This document shows, in pieces, positions 38,251 through 47,594 of a stretch of DNA of 64,000 nt. Origin of the DNA: an uncultured Gemmatimonadales bacterium (GTDB lineage: Bacteria; Gemmatimonadota; Gemmatimonadetes; Longimicrobiales; RSA9); contig CAWCRS010000002.1 of the NCBI GenBank assembly GCA_963798085.1, positions 288,001-352,000 on the forward strand, in the 5' to 3' direction. The notes beneath the pieces are model-generated. The model was not told the origin of the DNA. It searched no databases and saw nothing but the letters and a program-made list of their open reading frames with translations. Every line of letters starts with the position of its first letter. Position 1 is the first letter of the stretch. Both the position numbers and the translations under genes were made by a program.

Positions 38251-38280
38251 AATCTAATCGACGGTTCGATCCGCGGGCAA
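38251..38280 (-). promoter_or_regulatory. sigma70-like promoter of leader D
   Basis: TTGCCC, 18 bp spacer, TAGATT, starting immediately after the permease stop codon. Confidence 0.6.
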
Positions 38281-40968
38281 TCATTCGCTCTCGTGCAGGG
38301 CTCGCGCGGGTGGCACACGGCTGGCCCGCAGCGCGGGCGCGAGCGCGGCAAGCAGCGCCACCAGCATCAGCGTCGCCGGCACCATGGTCAGCACCAGAAC
38401 GTCACGGGGAGGCGTGCGGAAGAGGAAGCCGCGCAACGCAGGCGCGGCAAGCGCCGTGATGGCGGTCCCGGCAAGAGTCGCCGCACCGGCAACCATGGCG
38501 TTGGTCCGCAGCACGTCCAGAAGAATGCCGGCGGGCCGCGCACCCAGCGAGTTGCGAATGGCGAATTCGCGCGTCTGCCGCACCACGCTGAAGGAAACGA
38601 CACCGGTCACGCCCACCGCGGCAATGATCAGCGCGAGCGCGCCGAAAACGGACAGCAGCGCCGCCAGAAAACGCTCTACTGCCGTGCTCGCGCGCAGCAC
38701 GTCGCGCATCGTGGTCGCAGGACCCACCGCCACACCCGGATCCATGGCGGCAACGACGGCGCGCACCGCAGGGAGCACGGTTGCCGGCGCATTCGCTGCC
38801 TGCAGCACAACGGTGAGATTGCGCACCCAGCCGGCACTGAACGTGGCAACCTGTGGCAACGACAGGAGAATCTCGGGTGCTGCTTCGGCGCTCAGGCTGC
38901 TGCTCCGCACATCGTCATACACGCCCACAATGGTGATCAGGCCGAACGCTGGGGGTGCGAATGTCGCGCGCACCCGCCTGCCGATGGCCGAAACGCCCGG
39001 CCAGAGCATGTGCGCCGCCGAACGATTCACCAGCGCGACATTCATGCTGCCGGCGCGATCGCCCGCCGCGAGATCGCGGCCTTCCGCCAGCGCAATGCCC
39101 AGGGTCCGCAGGTATCCGGCGGATGCGGCCTGCACTGCGACGCCCACGCGGTCTTCGCGATCCACCGCGTCCTCACGCACGACGTACTCGAAGCGCTGCG
39201 CGTCGCGCAGCGGCAGGCCGCGCACGACTGCAATGGCGCGCACCGCGTCCATGCTCTCGAGGCGCTGCTGCAGCGCGTCATAGAAGCCCGTGATGGCGGC
39301 TGCGTTCGCGTAGCGCGTCACCGGCAGCGTCAGATCCAGCACTGCGCGCGACGCGGCATCCAGCCCCGGATTCACCGCGTTCAGCGCGAGCAGTGAACGC
39401 ACCAGCAGCGACGCGCCGGCCAGGAGGACCGTGGCCAGCGCTACCTGGCTCGCCACCAGCACACGCAGTCCGTGCGAAGCACCTGTCCGCCCGCGACCCG
39501 AGCTGCGCAGCAGGACGGACGGATCCTGCCGTGCCGCGTGCCACGCGGGTGCGAGCGTGAACAGCACGCCTGTCAACAGCGACAGCGCCAGCGCGAACAG
39601 CACGACGCGCGCGTCCAGCATGACGCCCCCCGTGCCCGGCAGATCGCGTGGCGCCAGTCGCAGCATGAGCGGCATCCCGCTCCCGGCCAGCAGCAGACCG
39701 ACCAGACCCCCCGCGCACCCCAGCACCACACCTTCCAGCAGCACCGGCCTCGCCACGCGTGCGCCGCTGCCACCCAGCGCGATGCGCACACCCACCTCCG
39801 ACCGGCGGGTCTCGCTCCTCGCTAACAGAAGATTGGCGACATTGGCACAGGCCAGCAGCAGCAGCAGACCGGACGCGAAGCAGAGCAGCACGGCGACCCG
39901 GCGCGCCGAGCCCAGCACGCGGTCACCCAGCAGCGCAATCTGCGCATCGTGCCCGTCCAGGCCGAACGAGTGCTGCCCCGCATAACGCCGAGCCCACACG
40001 CGCTCGAGGTTTTCCAGCTCGGTACGCACGGCCCTGACCGGAACACCCGGCCGCAGCGAGGCGATCGCCACCAGGCCGTGACCGGACCGGTCCGTGGCCC
40101 AGGACGCCGGGTCCAGGACAGCGTGCACCCAGACGTCGGCCGCCACGCCCGGCAGGTGCACGTCAGGCGCCAGCACACCGATGATGGCCACGGTCCGCGA
40201 ACCTGCTGTTAGCGTGCCTCCCCGCACAATGCCGGCATCGCCCCCGTACGCGGACTGCCAGAGCCCGTGCGAGATCAGCGCCACGGGCGGTGCTCCCACG
40301 ACGTTGTCGCTCGCACCCGGCAGTCTGCCCGCCGCCGTGCGCGCGCCCACCAGCCGGTAAATGTCCCCCACCGTGTTCGCCACCGTCACAACGCGCGCAG
40401 GGCCGCCCGCCACCGGCTGCAGCAGCAGCGATCCGGGAAACCAGCCACCCGTGTGCTCGAAGCTCTTCACGTCCCGGCTCAGGTCCGTGAATTCCGCCGC
40501 CGAAACCAGAAACGCCTGTCCCGGCTGCCGCTCGAACGTGCTCCAGATCGAGACCAGGCGATCCTCGTCCGGCAGACCGAGTCCGCGCAACACCGTCGCG
40601 TCCACCACCGAGAACACCGCGGTCGTGGCGCCAATGCCCAGCCCCACCGTGAGGATGGCGACCGCGGCAAAGCCCGGACGCCGCCGCAGTCCGCGCAGCG
40701 CCACGCGCACGTCTGCTGACAGCCCTGTCAGCAGGCCCCGGGACACGCCCGGCTCCACCGCCAGCGGAGACACCGGATCTCCCGTGACACGTACCACGAC
40801 CGCAGTCCAGAGGACATCGCGGAGTGCGCGCAGCACCAGCCACCCGCGCGCCGGCCAGGCGGATTCTTCCCACTGCTCCTCGAACATGCGCGCCATCTCA
40901 TCGCCGTACCGGCGACGGAAACGGCCCGGCAGAAGCCGCAGCAGAACGCGATAGACGCCGCCCATCAC
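38281..40968 (-). CDS. ADOP-type duplicated MacB/FtsX ABC permease
   Basis: GLGIGATTAVFSVV, LACANVANLLLAR, REFAIRNSLGA. No ATPase domain. Confidence 0.9.
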   Translation of the reverse strand: MMGGVYRVLLRLLPGRFRRRYGDEMARMFEEQWEESAWPARGWLVLRALRDVLWTAVVVRVTGDPVSPLAVEPGVSRGLLTGLSADVRVALRGLRRRPGFAAVAILTVGLGIGATTAVFSVVDATVLRGLGLPDEDRLVSIWSTFERQPGQAFLVSAAEFTDLSRDVKSFEHTGGWFPGSLLLQPVAGGPARVVTVANTVGDIYRLVGARTAAGRLPGASDNVVGAPPVALISHGLWQSAYGGDAGIVRGGTLTAGSRTVAIIGVLAPDVHLPGVAADVWVHAVLDPASWATDRSGHGLVAIASLRPGVPVRAVRTELENLERVWARRYAGQHSFGLDGHDAQIALLGDRVLGSARRVAVLLCFASGLLLLLACANVANLLLARSETRRSEVGVRIALGGSGARVARPVLLEGVVLGCAGGLVGLLLAGSGMPLMLRLAPRDLPGTGGVMLDARVVLFALALSLLTGVLFTLAPAWHAARQDPSVLLRSSGRGRTGASHGLRVLVASQVALATVLLAGASLLVRSLLALNAVNPGLDAASRAVLDLTLPVTRYANAAAITGFYDALQQRLESMDAVRAIAVVRGLPLRDAQRFEYVVREDAVDREDRVGVAVQAASAGYLRTLGIALAEGRDLAAGDRAGSMNVALVNRSAAHMLWPGVSAIGRRVRATFAPPAFGLITIVGVYDDVRSSSLSAEAAPEILLSLPQVATFSAGWVRNLTVVLQAANAPATVLPAVRAVVAAMDPGVAVGPATTMRDVLRASTAVERFLAALLSVFGALALIIAAVGVTGVVSFSVVRQTREFAIRNSLGARPAGILLDVLRTNAMVAGAATLAGTAITALAAPALRGFLFRTPPRDVLVLTMVPATLMLVALLAALAPALRASRVPPARALHESE

Positions 40969-41318
40969 GGGCCGGCACCCTCGATCAGCGCGGAAACGTC
41001 CGCCGAACTCAACAGCGACGCGAGCCGCCTCGCCTCCTCCGCCAGCAACGCCTCGCCTGAGGGCGTCAACGTGTAGAACACTCCCCGCCGCACGTCCTCC
41101 GCCTGCAGCGCCGGTGCCTTCACGGTCCGGATCACACCCCTCGCCTCCAGCCGTGCGATCAGCCGGTACAGCCCGCCGGCATCGAGATCGATCCGCCCTT
41201 CCGAGCGCGCCCGCACTTCCTTCTTAATGCCGTACCCGTGCAGTGCGCGCCCACGCAGCGACAGCAGCACGAGGAACGTGTGCGGCGGCAGCGGCAGCAG
41301 ATCGTCGGTCGATTTCAT
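40965..41318 (-). CDS. PadR family regulator
   Basis: LHGYGIKKEV...GGLYRLIARLE...YTLTPSG. GTGA overlap with the permease. Confidence 0.9.
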   Translation of the reverse strand: MKSTDDLLPLPPHTFLVLLSLRGRALHGYGIKKEVRARSEGRIDLDAGGLYRLIARLEARGVIRTVKAPALQAEDVRRGVFYTLTPSGEALLAEEARRLASLLSSADVSALIEGAGP

Positions 41319-41325
41319 GGCAGTC

Positions 41326-41360
41326 GTCGTCTGATATATGTCAACGTCATATAAGACGAC
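41326..41360. promoter_or_regulatory. Inverted repeat, putative PadR operator
   Basis: GTCGTCT ga TATATG tcaacgt CATATA AGACGAC, just upstream of padR. Confidence 0.6.
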
Positions 41361-41631
41361 GTCAGCATACCCTCTCGCCGCGCCTGCGTCAAGACTGATC
41401 GTGGGGAAAGCCGTCGTCCGGAAGGCGGATCGGCAGGGACCGAGTCCGCAGGTCACGCACGCACGCGCCACACGCCATCGGGCGCGAGGCGCCGGTGTGT
41501 GTCGTCTGCTCGCGCCGTACGTGCGGACGCGACGAGTGTGACTGCCGGACGCCTGGCCGCGCCCGGGCCCACGAACGCGGCGTTGCCGCAGCGGCAACCG
41601 CATCAACACGGAGTTAGAGGCTGGCCCTCGC

Positions 41632-42450
41632 TCAGCGCGCGTCAAACGCGGTGTTGATTTCCGCGAAGGGCAGCGCGTGCGCCAGGCTCGTGAACGTTCC
41701 CTGCGCGGCGATCTCGCCCGCCGCGTGCAGGAAGCCGGCCCAGGCCGCGCGCGCCAGTGCGCCGCCCACACTGATGCGCCGCACGCCCAGATCCGCCAGC
41801 TCGGCCACCGTCGTGAAGTCGCTGCCCACCAGGACGTTCACCGGCTTCGGCGCCACGGCGTTCACGACCGCTGCAATATCGGACTTCGACCGGATGCCGG
41901 GTGCGTACAGGCAGTCCGCGCCCGCCTCGGCATACGCCGTGAGTCGGCGCAGCGTCTCCCCCAGATCAGGTCGCCCGGCAATAAAGCCTTCCGATCGCCC
42001 GGTCAGCAGGACACGCCCGCCCTGGTCCTCGATCGCCTGCCGCGCGGCCTGCATGCGTTCGACGGCGAGGTCGAACGCGAACAGCGGATCCAGCGAATCG
42101 CCCGTCGAGTCCTCGATCGAAAGCCCCGCCACACCCGTCGACACCGCGGCTGCGACATTCGCGTACACCGCCTCCGGCGCCTGCGCGAAACCGCCCTCGA
42201 AGTCCGCGTTGACCGGCACGCGCACCGCGTCCGCCACCTCGCGCAGCCAGACCAGCGTTTCCTCGAGCGACATGTGATTGTCCGCCCGGCCTCGCGACCA
42301 GGCAAATCCCGAGCTGGTCGTAGCCAGCGCCTGGAAGCCCAGTTGTTCCAGCAGCCGCGCACTGCCCACGTCCCAGGGATTGGGAATCACGAAACACCCC
42401 GACTCGTGCAGCACGCGAAACGCCTGGTACCGGTCGGCGGCCGCTGTCAT
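41632..42450 (-). CDS. Isocitrate lyase/PEP mutase family protein
   Basis: PNPWDVGSA, ATTSSG, VNADFEGGF, SIEDSTG, AGADCLYAP. Confidence 0.92.
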   Translation of the reverse strand: MTAAADRYQAFRVLHESGCFVIPNPWDVGSARLLEQLGFQALATTSSGFAWSRGRADNHMSLEETLVWLREVADAVRVPVNADFEGGFAQAPEAVYANVAAAVSTGVAGLSIEDSTGDSLDPLFAFDLAVERMQAARQAIEDQGGRVLLTGRSEGFIAGRPDLGETLRRLTAYAEAGADCLYAPGIRSKSDIAAVVNAVAPKPVNVLVGSDFTTVAELADLGVRRISVGGALARAAWAGFLHAAGEIAAQGTFTSLAHALPFAEINTAFDAR

Positions 42451-42642
42451 CTGTAAGCCCCTGTTGGGTTCGATTTCCCGCGCGCAACGCAGAACACCCG
42501 TCGTCGCCAGTCATCGGTTTCAGTACCCGGCAGCCCACGCGCCGGCTCACACGTCACACACGCACGCGTGACCCTGCGTGCCTGTGGGCGTCCTGCCGGC
42601 GGCCAGCGCTGCAGGTTGCGGCCGCTGCGGGCAACGCCGGTC

Positions 42643-42695
42643 TTGACGGCGATAGGTAGACATTCTATTCATGATAGTAAGACTTTCGACCTATC
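42643..42695 (+). promoter_or_regulatory. Promoter with palindromic putative PadR boxes
   Basis: TTGACG-17-TATTCA. Boxes TAGAcatTCTA and AAGActtTCGA. Outer inverted repeat GATAGGTAGA/TCGACCTATC. Confidence 0.6.
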
Positions 42696-42710
42696 ACGCC
42701 ACTCACCCGG

Positions 42711-43061
42711 ATGATCGTCGTGGCCAGCACACCACCCGCCCGCAACGAGCTGCTGCGCGGCACGCTCGACATGCTGATCCTGCAGACGCTCAGCGCGCAG
42801 CCGCTGCACGGCTACGCCATTGCGCAGCAGATCGAGCGCCTGTCGCAGGAAGCGCTGCGTGTGGAGCAGGGCTCGCTGTATCCGGCGCTCGAGCGGCTGC
42901 AGAAGAAGGGCTGGGCCACCTCGAAGTGGGGTGAGTCGCCCACCGGCCGGAAGGCGAGGTACTACACGATCACGGCTGCAGGCAAGCGACGGCTGGGCGC
43001 GGAAATCTCCAGCTTCGATGACATGCTGGTCGCGATCAACCGTGTTCTGCGCCGGGCGTAA
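42711..43061 (+). CDS. PadR family regulator (acidobacterial type)
   Basis: LLRGTLDMLILQTL...HGYAIA...QGSLYPAL. Confidence 0.92.
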   Translation: MIVVASTPPARNELLRGTLDMLILQTLSAQPLHGYAIAQQIERLSQEALRVEQGSLYPALERLQKKGWATSKWGESPTGRKARYYTITAAGKRRLGAEISSFDDMLVAINRVLRRA

Positions 43062-43064
43062 CGT

Positions 43065-45779
43065 ATGTCGCTGCTGGATGGCCTGCGTCACCGTCTCGCC
43101 GTATTCCTGCGCCAGTCGAGGTACGCGCGCGAGCTGGATGAGGAGCTGCGTTTCCATCTGGACATGGAGACGCTGGAGCGGCAGACAGAGGGTCGGGGCA
43201 CGCTGACACCGGCGCAGGCCCGGGCCGCGGCGCGCCGGCGTCTGGGCAACGAAGTGGCGATAAAGGAGGAGACGCGGCGCGCTGCCGGCCTCGGTCTGCT
43301 GGATGGCGTGCGCCAGGATCTGCAGTTCGCGCTGCGCACGTTCCGCCGCACGCCCACGTTCACGGTCGTTGCCGTGCTCACACTGGCCATCGGCATCGGC
43401 GCTAACACGGCGATATTCAGCGCGGTCGACGCGCTGCTGCTGCGCCCGCTTCCGTACCCGGAGCCGGACCGCCTCATGACGCTGAGCCTGACGGTGCCGG
43501 GGCACGGTGACCGGCCGGCGCGCGATGACGTGACCTGGTCGTATCCCAAGTTCGTGGCGCTGCGCGAATCGCAGCGTATTTTCTCCGATCTCACGCTCTG
43601 GGTGTCGAGTGAGTTCACGCTGCGCAACGGCGCTGATGTGCTGCGCGTTTCGGGCGAGTACATCGATGCGCACTACCTGCCCACGCTCGGTGTGCGCGTG
43701 CAGCTGGGCCGCGGCTTCCAGCCGGCGGATGACGCGGATATGGGCGGCGCGCGCGTAGCGGTGATCAGCGATCCGCTGTGGCGTTTACTGTACAACGCGG
43801 ACCCGGCCATTCTGGGCGCGATGCTCGACGTCGATGGCCGGCCCTATACGATCGTCGGTGTGGCTGCGCCCGAATTCCGCGGCCTTTCCGGGCAGGCGAC
43901 GTTCTGGATGCCGATTGCATCCTCTCCCCCCGGCTGGAATGTGACGGTGCCGTGGAATCACAACTATTTCGCGGTCGCGCGTCTCGAGCCGGGCGTGTCG
44001 GTGGACCGGGCGAAGGCGGAGGTGCAGCGGCTCGGCACACTCGTCGATGCCGTCTATCCCTCGCCTGTAGTCGCCACGGAGCACTGGGGTGCGGTGGCGC
44101 ACGAGCTGGATTCCGCGCGCGTGGATGCGCGCGTGCGGCGCACGCTGCTCATTCTTTTCGTCGCCGTGGGCCTGGTGCTGTTGATCGCCTGCGCCAACGT
44201 GGCGAACCTGTTTCTCGTGCACGCGGCCGGGCGCCGCGCGGAGATCGCGGTTCGCCTCGCCATTGGCGCCGGCCGGCGACGCCTGGTGCGGCAGCTGCTG
44301 GCGGAGAGTCTGCTGCTGTCGCTGTCAGGTGGCATCGCCAGTCTGGTCGTCGCATGGGTCGGCGTGCACGTACTCGCCGATGTCCAGCCGGCGCGCGTGC
44401 TGCGCCTTCAGGACGTTGCCGGACTGGGCGCATTGAATTTCACGGCGATCCGCCTGGATGGCGCCGCGCTGTCGTTTACTGCCGCACTGGCGCTCACGAC
44501 GGGAATACTGTTCGGGCTCGTGCCGGCCCTGCAGGCCACGCGCCCATCATTGACCCATGCACTGCAGGAGCAGCGCGCGGCACGCACTGGTACGCTGCGC
44601 CGGCTGAACAGTCGCAATGTTCTCGTCGTCCTGGAGATCGCGCTGGCGGTGGTGCTGCTGGCAGGTTCCGGCCTCATGCTGCGCAGTCTGGGACACCTGC
44701 TCGAGGTGAGGCCCGGGTTCACGCCCGAGCGTGTGCTGTCGCTGCGCGTGAACCGCGCGCCCGCCTGGGCCTTCGACTCCATCGCGCGCTTCTATGATGT
44801 CGCTGTGGAACGGCTCTCCGCATTGCCGGGCGTCACCGACGTCGCGCTGGAAGACTGCCCTCCGCTGCAGTTGTGCGCCGCCACCGACGCGGCCCTGCCC
44901 GATCGCCCGCCTGTGCCTCGCGGCACGGAGCCCGTGGTGGGCGTGCACTGGATCACACCCGCGTGGCCCGCGGTCATGGGCGTGCCGCTGCTGCGCGGCC
45001 GTCTTTTCGACACTCGCGACCGCAGGGATGGCCGCAAGGTGGTGCTGGTCAGCGAGACGGCGGCGAAGCGACTGTGGCCCGGCGAAGACCCGATCGGCCG
45101 GCCCCTGCTCATCGACGGCGCGGTTTTCGAGCACGACACCGCGTACGTCGCCGGCGTCGTGGGTGACGTGCTCTACGAAACGCTCGACCAGCCGCCGCGA
45201 TCGGACGTCTACGTCTCGTACTATCAGGCGCCGTTCAGCTACCGCATGATGCTGTTCCTGCGCACGCGCGGTGAGCCTGCCGGGCTGGTGCGCGACGCGG
45301 TGCGCGCAATGCACGAGGTCGCGCCCGGATTTCCCGTCTACGACATCGACACCATGAGCGGCCGCATGGCCAGCTCGACCGCGTACGCGCGTTTCAGCGC
45401 GCTCGTGCTCGGCCTCTTCGCAGCGCTCGCCCTGGCGCTGGCCTGCATGGGCACGTACGGCGTGATCTCCTACGGCGTCGCGCAGCGCACGCGTGAGATC
45501 GGCGTGCGCACCGCGCTGGGCGCAACACGCGGCGATGTCGTGGGCCTCGTGGTCGGGCAGGGCATCACGCTCGCCGCAATCGGCGCCCTCCTCGGCCTCG
45601 CGGGCGCGCTCGGCGCCACACGGGCGTTGCGCTCACTGCTCTACGATGTGCAGCCCGGCGATCCATTGACGCTCGCGAGCATCATCGGCGTGCTGCTCAT
45701 CGCCGTGCTGGTGGCGTGCTTCATCCCGGCCAGGCGAGCCGCCACCGTGCCGGCAATCCAGGCGCTGCGCAGCAACTGA
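43065..45779 (+). CDS. ADOP-type duplicated ABC permease
   Basis: ELDEELRFHL, LAIGIGANTAIFS, LIACANVANL, RTREIGVRTALGA. Confidence 0.93.
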   Translation: MSLLDGLRHRLAVFLRQSRYARELDEELRFHLDMETLERQTEGRGTLTPAQARAAARRRLGNEVAIKEETRRAAGLGLLDGVRQDLQFALRTFRRTPTFTVVAVLTLAIGIGANTAIFSAVDALLLRPLPYPEPDRLMTLSLTVPGHGDRPARDDVTWSYPKFVALRESQRIFSDLTLWVSSEFTLRNGADVLRVSGEYIDAHYLPTLGVRVQLGRGFQPADDADMGGARVAVISDPLWRLLYNADPAILGAMLDVDGRPYTIVGVAAPEFRGLSGQATFWMPIASSPPGWNVTVPWNHNYFAVARLEPGVSVDRAKAEVQRLGTLVDAVYPSPVVATEHWGAVAHELDSARVDARVRRTLLILFVAVGLVLLIACANVANLFLVHAAGRRAEIAVRLAIGAGRRRLVRQLLAESLLLSLSGGIASLVVAWVGVHVLADVQPARVLRLQDVAGLGALNFTAIRLDGAALSFTAALALTTGILFGLVPALQATRPSLTHALQEQRAARTGTLRRLNSRNVLVVLEIALAVVLLAGSGLMLRSLGHLLEVRPGFTPERVLSLRVNRAPAWAFDSIARFYDVAVERLSALPGVTDVALEDCPPLQLCAATDAALPDRPPVPRGTEPVVGVHWITPAWPAVMGVPLLRGRLFDTRDRRDGRKVVLVSETAAKRLWPGEDPIGRPLLIDGAVFEHDTAYVAGVVGDVLYETLDQPPRSDVYVSYYQAPFSYRMMLFLRTRGEPAGLVRDAVRAMHEVAPGFPVYDIDTMSGRMASSTAYARFSALVLGLFAALALALACMGTYGVISYGVAQRTREIGVRTALGATRGDVVGLVVGQGITLAAIGALLGLAGALGATRALRSLLYDVQPGDPLTLASIIGVLLIAVLVACFIPARRAATVPAIQALRSN

Positions 45780-45793
45780 ATGAAGGTCGATTG

Positions 45794-46126
45794 ATGCAGG
45801 ACAACTTTTCGCCTGTTGCCCGGCAGAGCCTGCCGGACAAGCTGGCCAGACAGATACGAGACGCCATCCAGGCGGGCGCCTACAAGGAAGGCGACCGGCT
45901 GCCTTCGATCGGTGAGCTGGCCCAGACCTTCGGTGTCGCGCCACCCACCGTGCGCGAAGCGCTCACGCGTCTCGAGACGCTGGGTCTCGTGGAGGTGCGC
46001 CACGGCGTTGGCGTCTACGTGGGTAACACCGTTTTAGCCGAGCTGCTCGAGGCCGTGCGCGCCATGCTGCAGGCGGCAGCGCCGGCACCTCCCCCCGCAC
46101 GGCCTGCCCCGGTCGTGACCGTGTAA
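45794..46126 (+). CDS. GntR-family HTH protein, effector domain missing or truncated
   Basis: GDRLPSIGELAQTFGVAPPTVREALTRL. Ends at 110 aa with a Pro/Ala tail. Confidence 0.7.
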   Translation: MQDNFSPVARQSLPDKLARQIRDAIQAGAYKEGDRLPSIGELAQTFGVAPPTVREALTRLETLGLVEVRHGVGVYVGNTVLAELLEAVRAMLQAAAPAPPPARPAPVVTV

Positions 46127-46133
46127 CCCGGAG

Positions 46134-47405
46134 TTACCGCGTGCTGCCCAGGAAGTGCATGAGCGCCGATGGCGTGGTTACGCGCCAGCTCTGGTACTCG
46201 TGTCCACCGGGGAATTCCGAGTAGGCCACGTCGTAGCCCTTCGCGTTGAGCACATCGCGGAAATGCCGGTTGACATCGACCTGGCCGGGACTGTTGCCGG
46301 CGGTGCGGTCGATCTCGAAGGTGCCCACTTCGAGCCAGTAGCGCACCGCCGTTTTCGGCTGCTTCGCCACCAGTCGCGCGAGATACTCCGGTTCGGGATC
46401 GCTCGCCGGACTCCACCAGAGTGACGCCGACTGCGAGATGACGTTGCCCACTACTTCGGGGTGCGCGATCGCCATCCAGTCCGCGGCCAGGCCGCCGTGA
46501 CTCGAGCCCATGACGATCGTGTGCGCTGCATCGCTGGCCAGGCCGTACCGTGCGCGCACGAAGGGAATCAGCTCGCCCGTCACGTACTCCGTGAAGCCCG
46601 GATTGGGCGCAAGCTCGACCATGCGATTGGTCTGGTTCACGAACACCGCGACGACCGGCGCGATGCGGCCGGCCGCAAGCAGATTGTCCAGGATATCCGG
46701 AACGCGCACGGTGGACCGGTAGGTCGGCCCGTCGAACACCACCAGCAATGGCAGTCCCGCGAGCGCGGGCACCGGCGGCGTGTAAACACCAAAACGCCGG
46801 CGTGTCCCCAGCGCGCGGCTGTCGATGTCCAGATTCTCGATCTTGCCGTGCGCAACATCGGATTGGGGTTGCGACCACGTGTCCGGCCGCGCGCGCGGTC
46901 CGAGCAGCAGTGAGCGACGATTCTGCGCCGAGTCCACACGCGGATTGAACGGATCCGGCCGGTTCTGCGCCCAGCGTCTTCCCTGATTCGGCTCCAGTGC
47001 CCAGGGAATCAGGTCATCGTTCGCGCGGAACACGTACCCGAGGCGGATATCCGCCGGCACCGCGACCGTGATGTGCCAGATGTCGGTTCCGGGCACGCGC
47101 TCCAGCTGGTTCAGGATGTACGCCCAGCCGTTGACGCCGTTCTCCAGGACGACGTTCTGGATGGTGTCGCTGCGGTAGACGAAGCTCGCCAGGATCTTCG
47201 TGGTGTCGTCCGGCAGCGGATCCATCAATGGCGTACCCCTCGCCACGATCGAGTCCCAGAACGCCTGCACGCTCGCAGCATCACCCGCGTGTACACGAGA
47301 CAGCAGTCGTGCCAGCGTGGGGCCCGGTTCCTTCTGCCGCTGCGCGCTCGCTGCCACCGGCACCAGCAGCAGAGCGGTCGTTATCAGGAGTCGCCTGCAG
47401 CGCAT
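46134..47405 (-). CDS. Exported enterochelin esterase-like alpha/beta hydrolase
   Basis: LLVVFDG, GSSHGG nucleophile motif, SQSASLWW, FPGGH, signal peptide. Confidence 0.88.
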   Translation of the reverse strand: MRCRRLLITTALLLVPVAASAQRQKEPGPTLARLLSRVHAGDAASVQAFWDSIVARGTPLMDPLPDDTTKILASFVYRSDTIQNVVLENGVNGWAYILNQLERVPGTDIWHITVAVPADIRLGYVFRANDDLIPWALEPNQGRRWAQNRPDPFNPRVDSAQNRRSLLLGPRARPDTWSQPQSDVAHGKIENLDIDSRALGTRRRFGVYTPPVPALAGLPLLVVFDGPTYRSTVRVPDILDNLLAAGRIAPVVAVFVNQTNRMVELAPNPGFTEYVTGELIPFVRARYGLASDAAHTIVMGSSHGGLAADWMAIAHPEVVGNVISQSASLWWSPASDPEPEYLARLVAKQPKTAVRYWLEVGTFEIDRTAGNSPGQVDVNRHFRDVLNAKGYDVAYSEFPGGHEYQSWRVTTPSALMHFLGSTR

Positions 47406-47533
47406 TGTGGTGCTCTCGCTTTCTGTGTTCTCCTGTGCTTCCCGTGACCACGGCTTGCGCGCAAAAGACCGATGCTGCGCACCCGGCGGCGCGCAGCATA
47501 CTGCAACGCGTCCGGCCCTGCCACCGGATGCCG

Positions 47534-47559
47534 GTCACATTTGTCCTGCGGGAAGCGTC
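47534..47559 (+). promoter_or_regulatory. ECF41-type promoter
   Basis: GTCACA-N16-CGTC directly upstream of the ECF41-like gene, matching the known TGTCACA-N16-CGTC consensus. Confidence 0.75.
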
Positions 47560-47594
47560 ATTGGTACGGAACAACACCACGGGAGAAGCGACGT

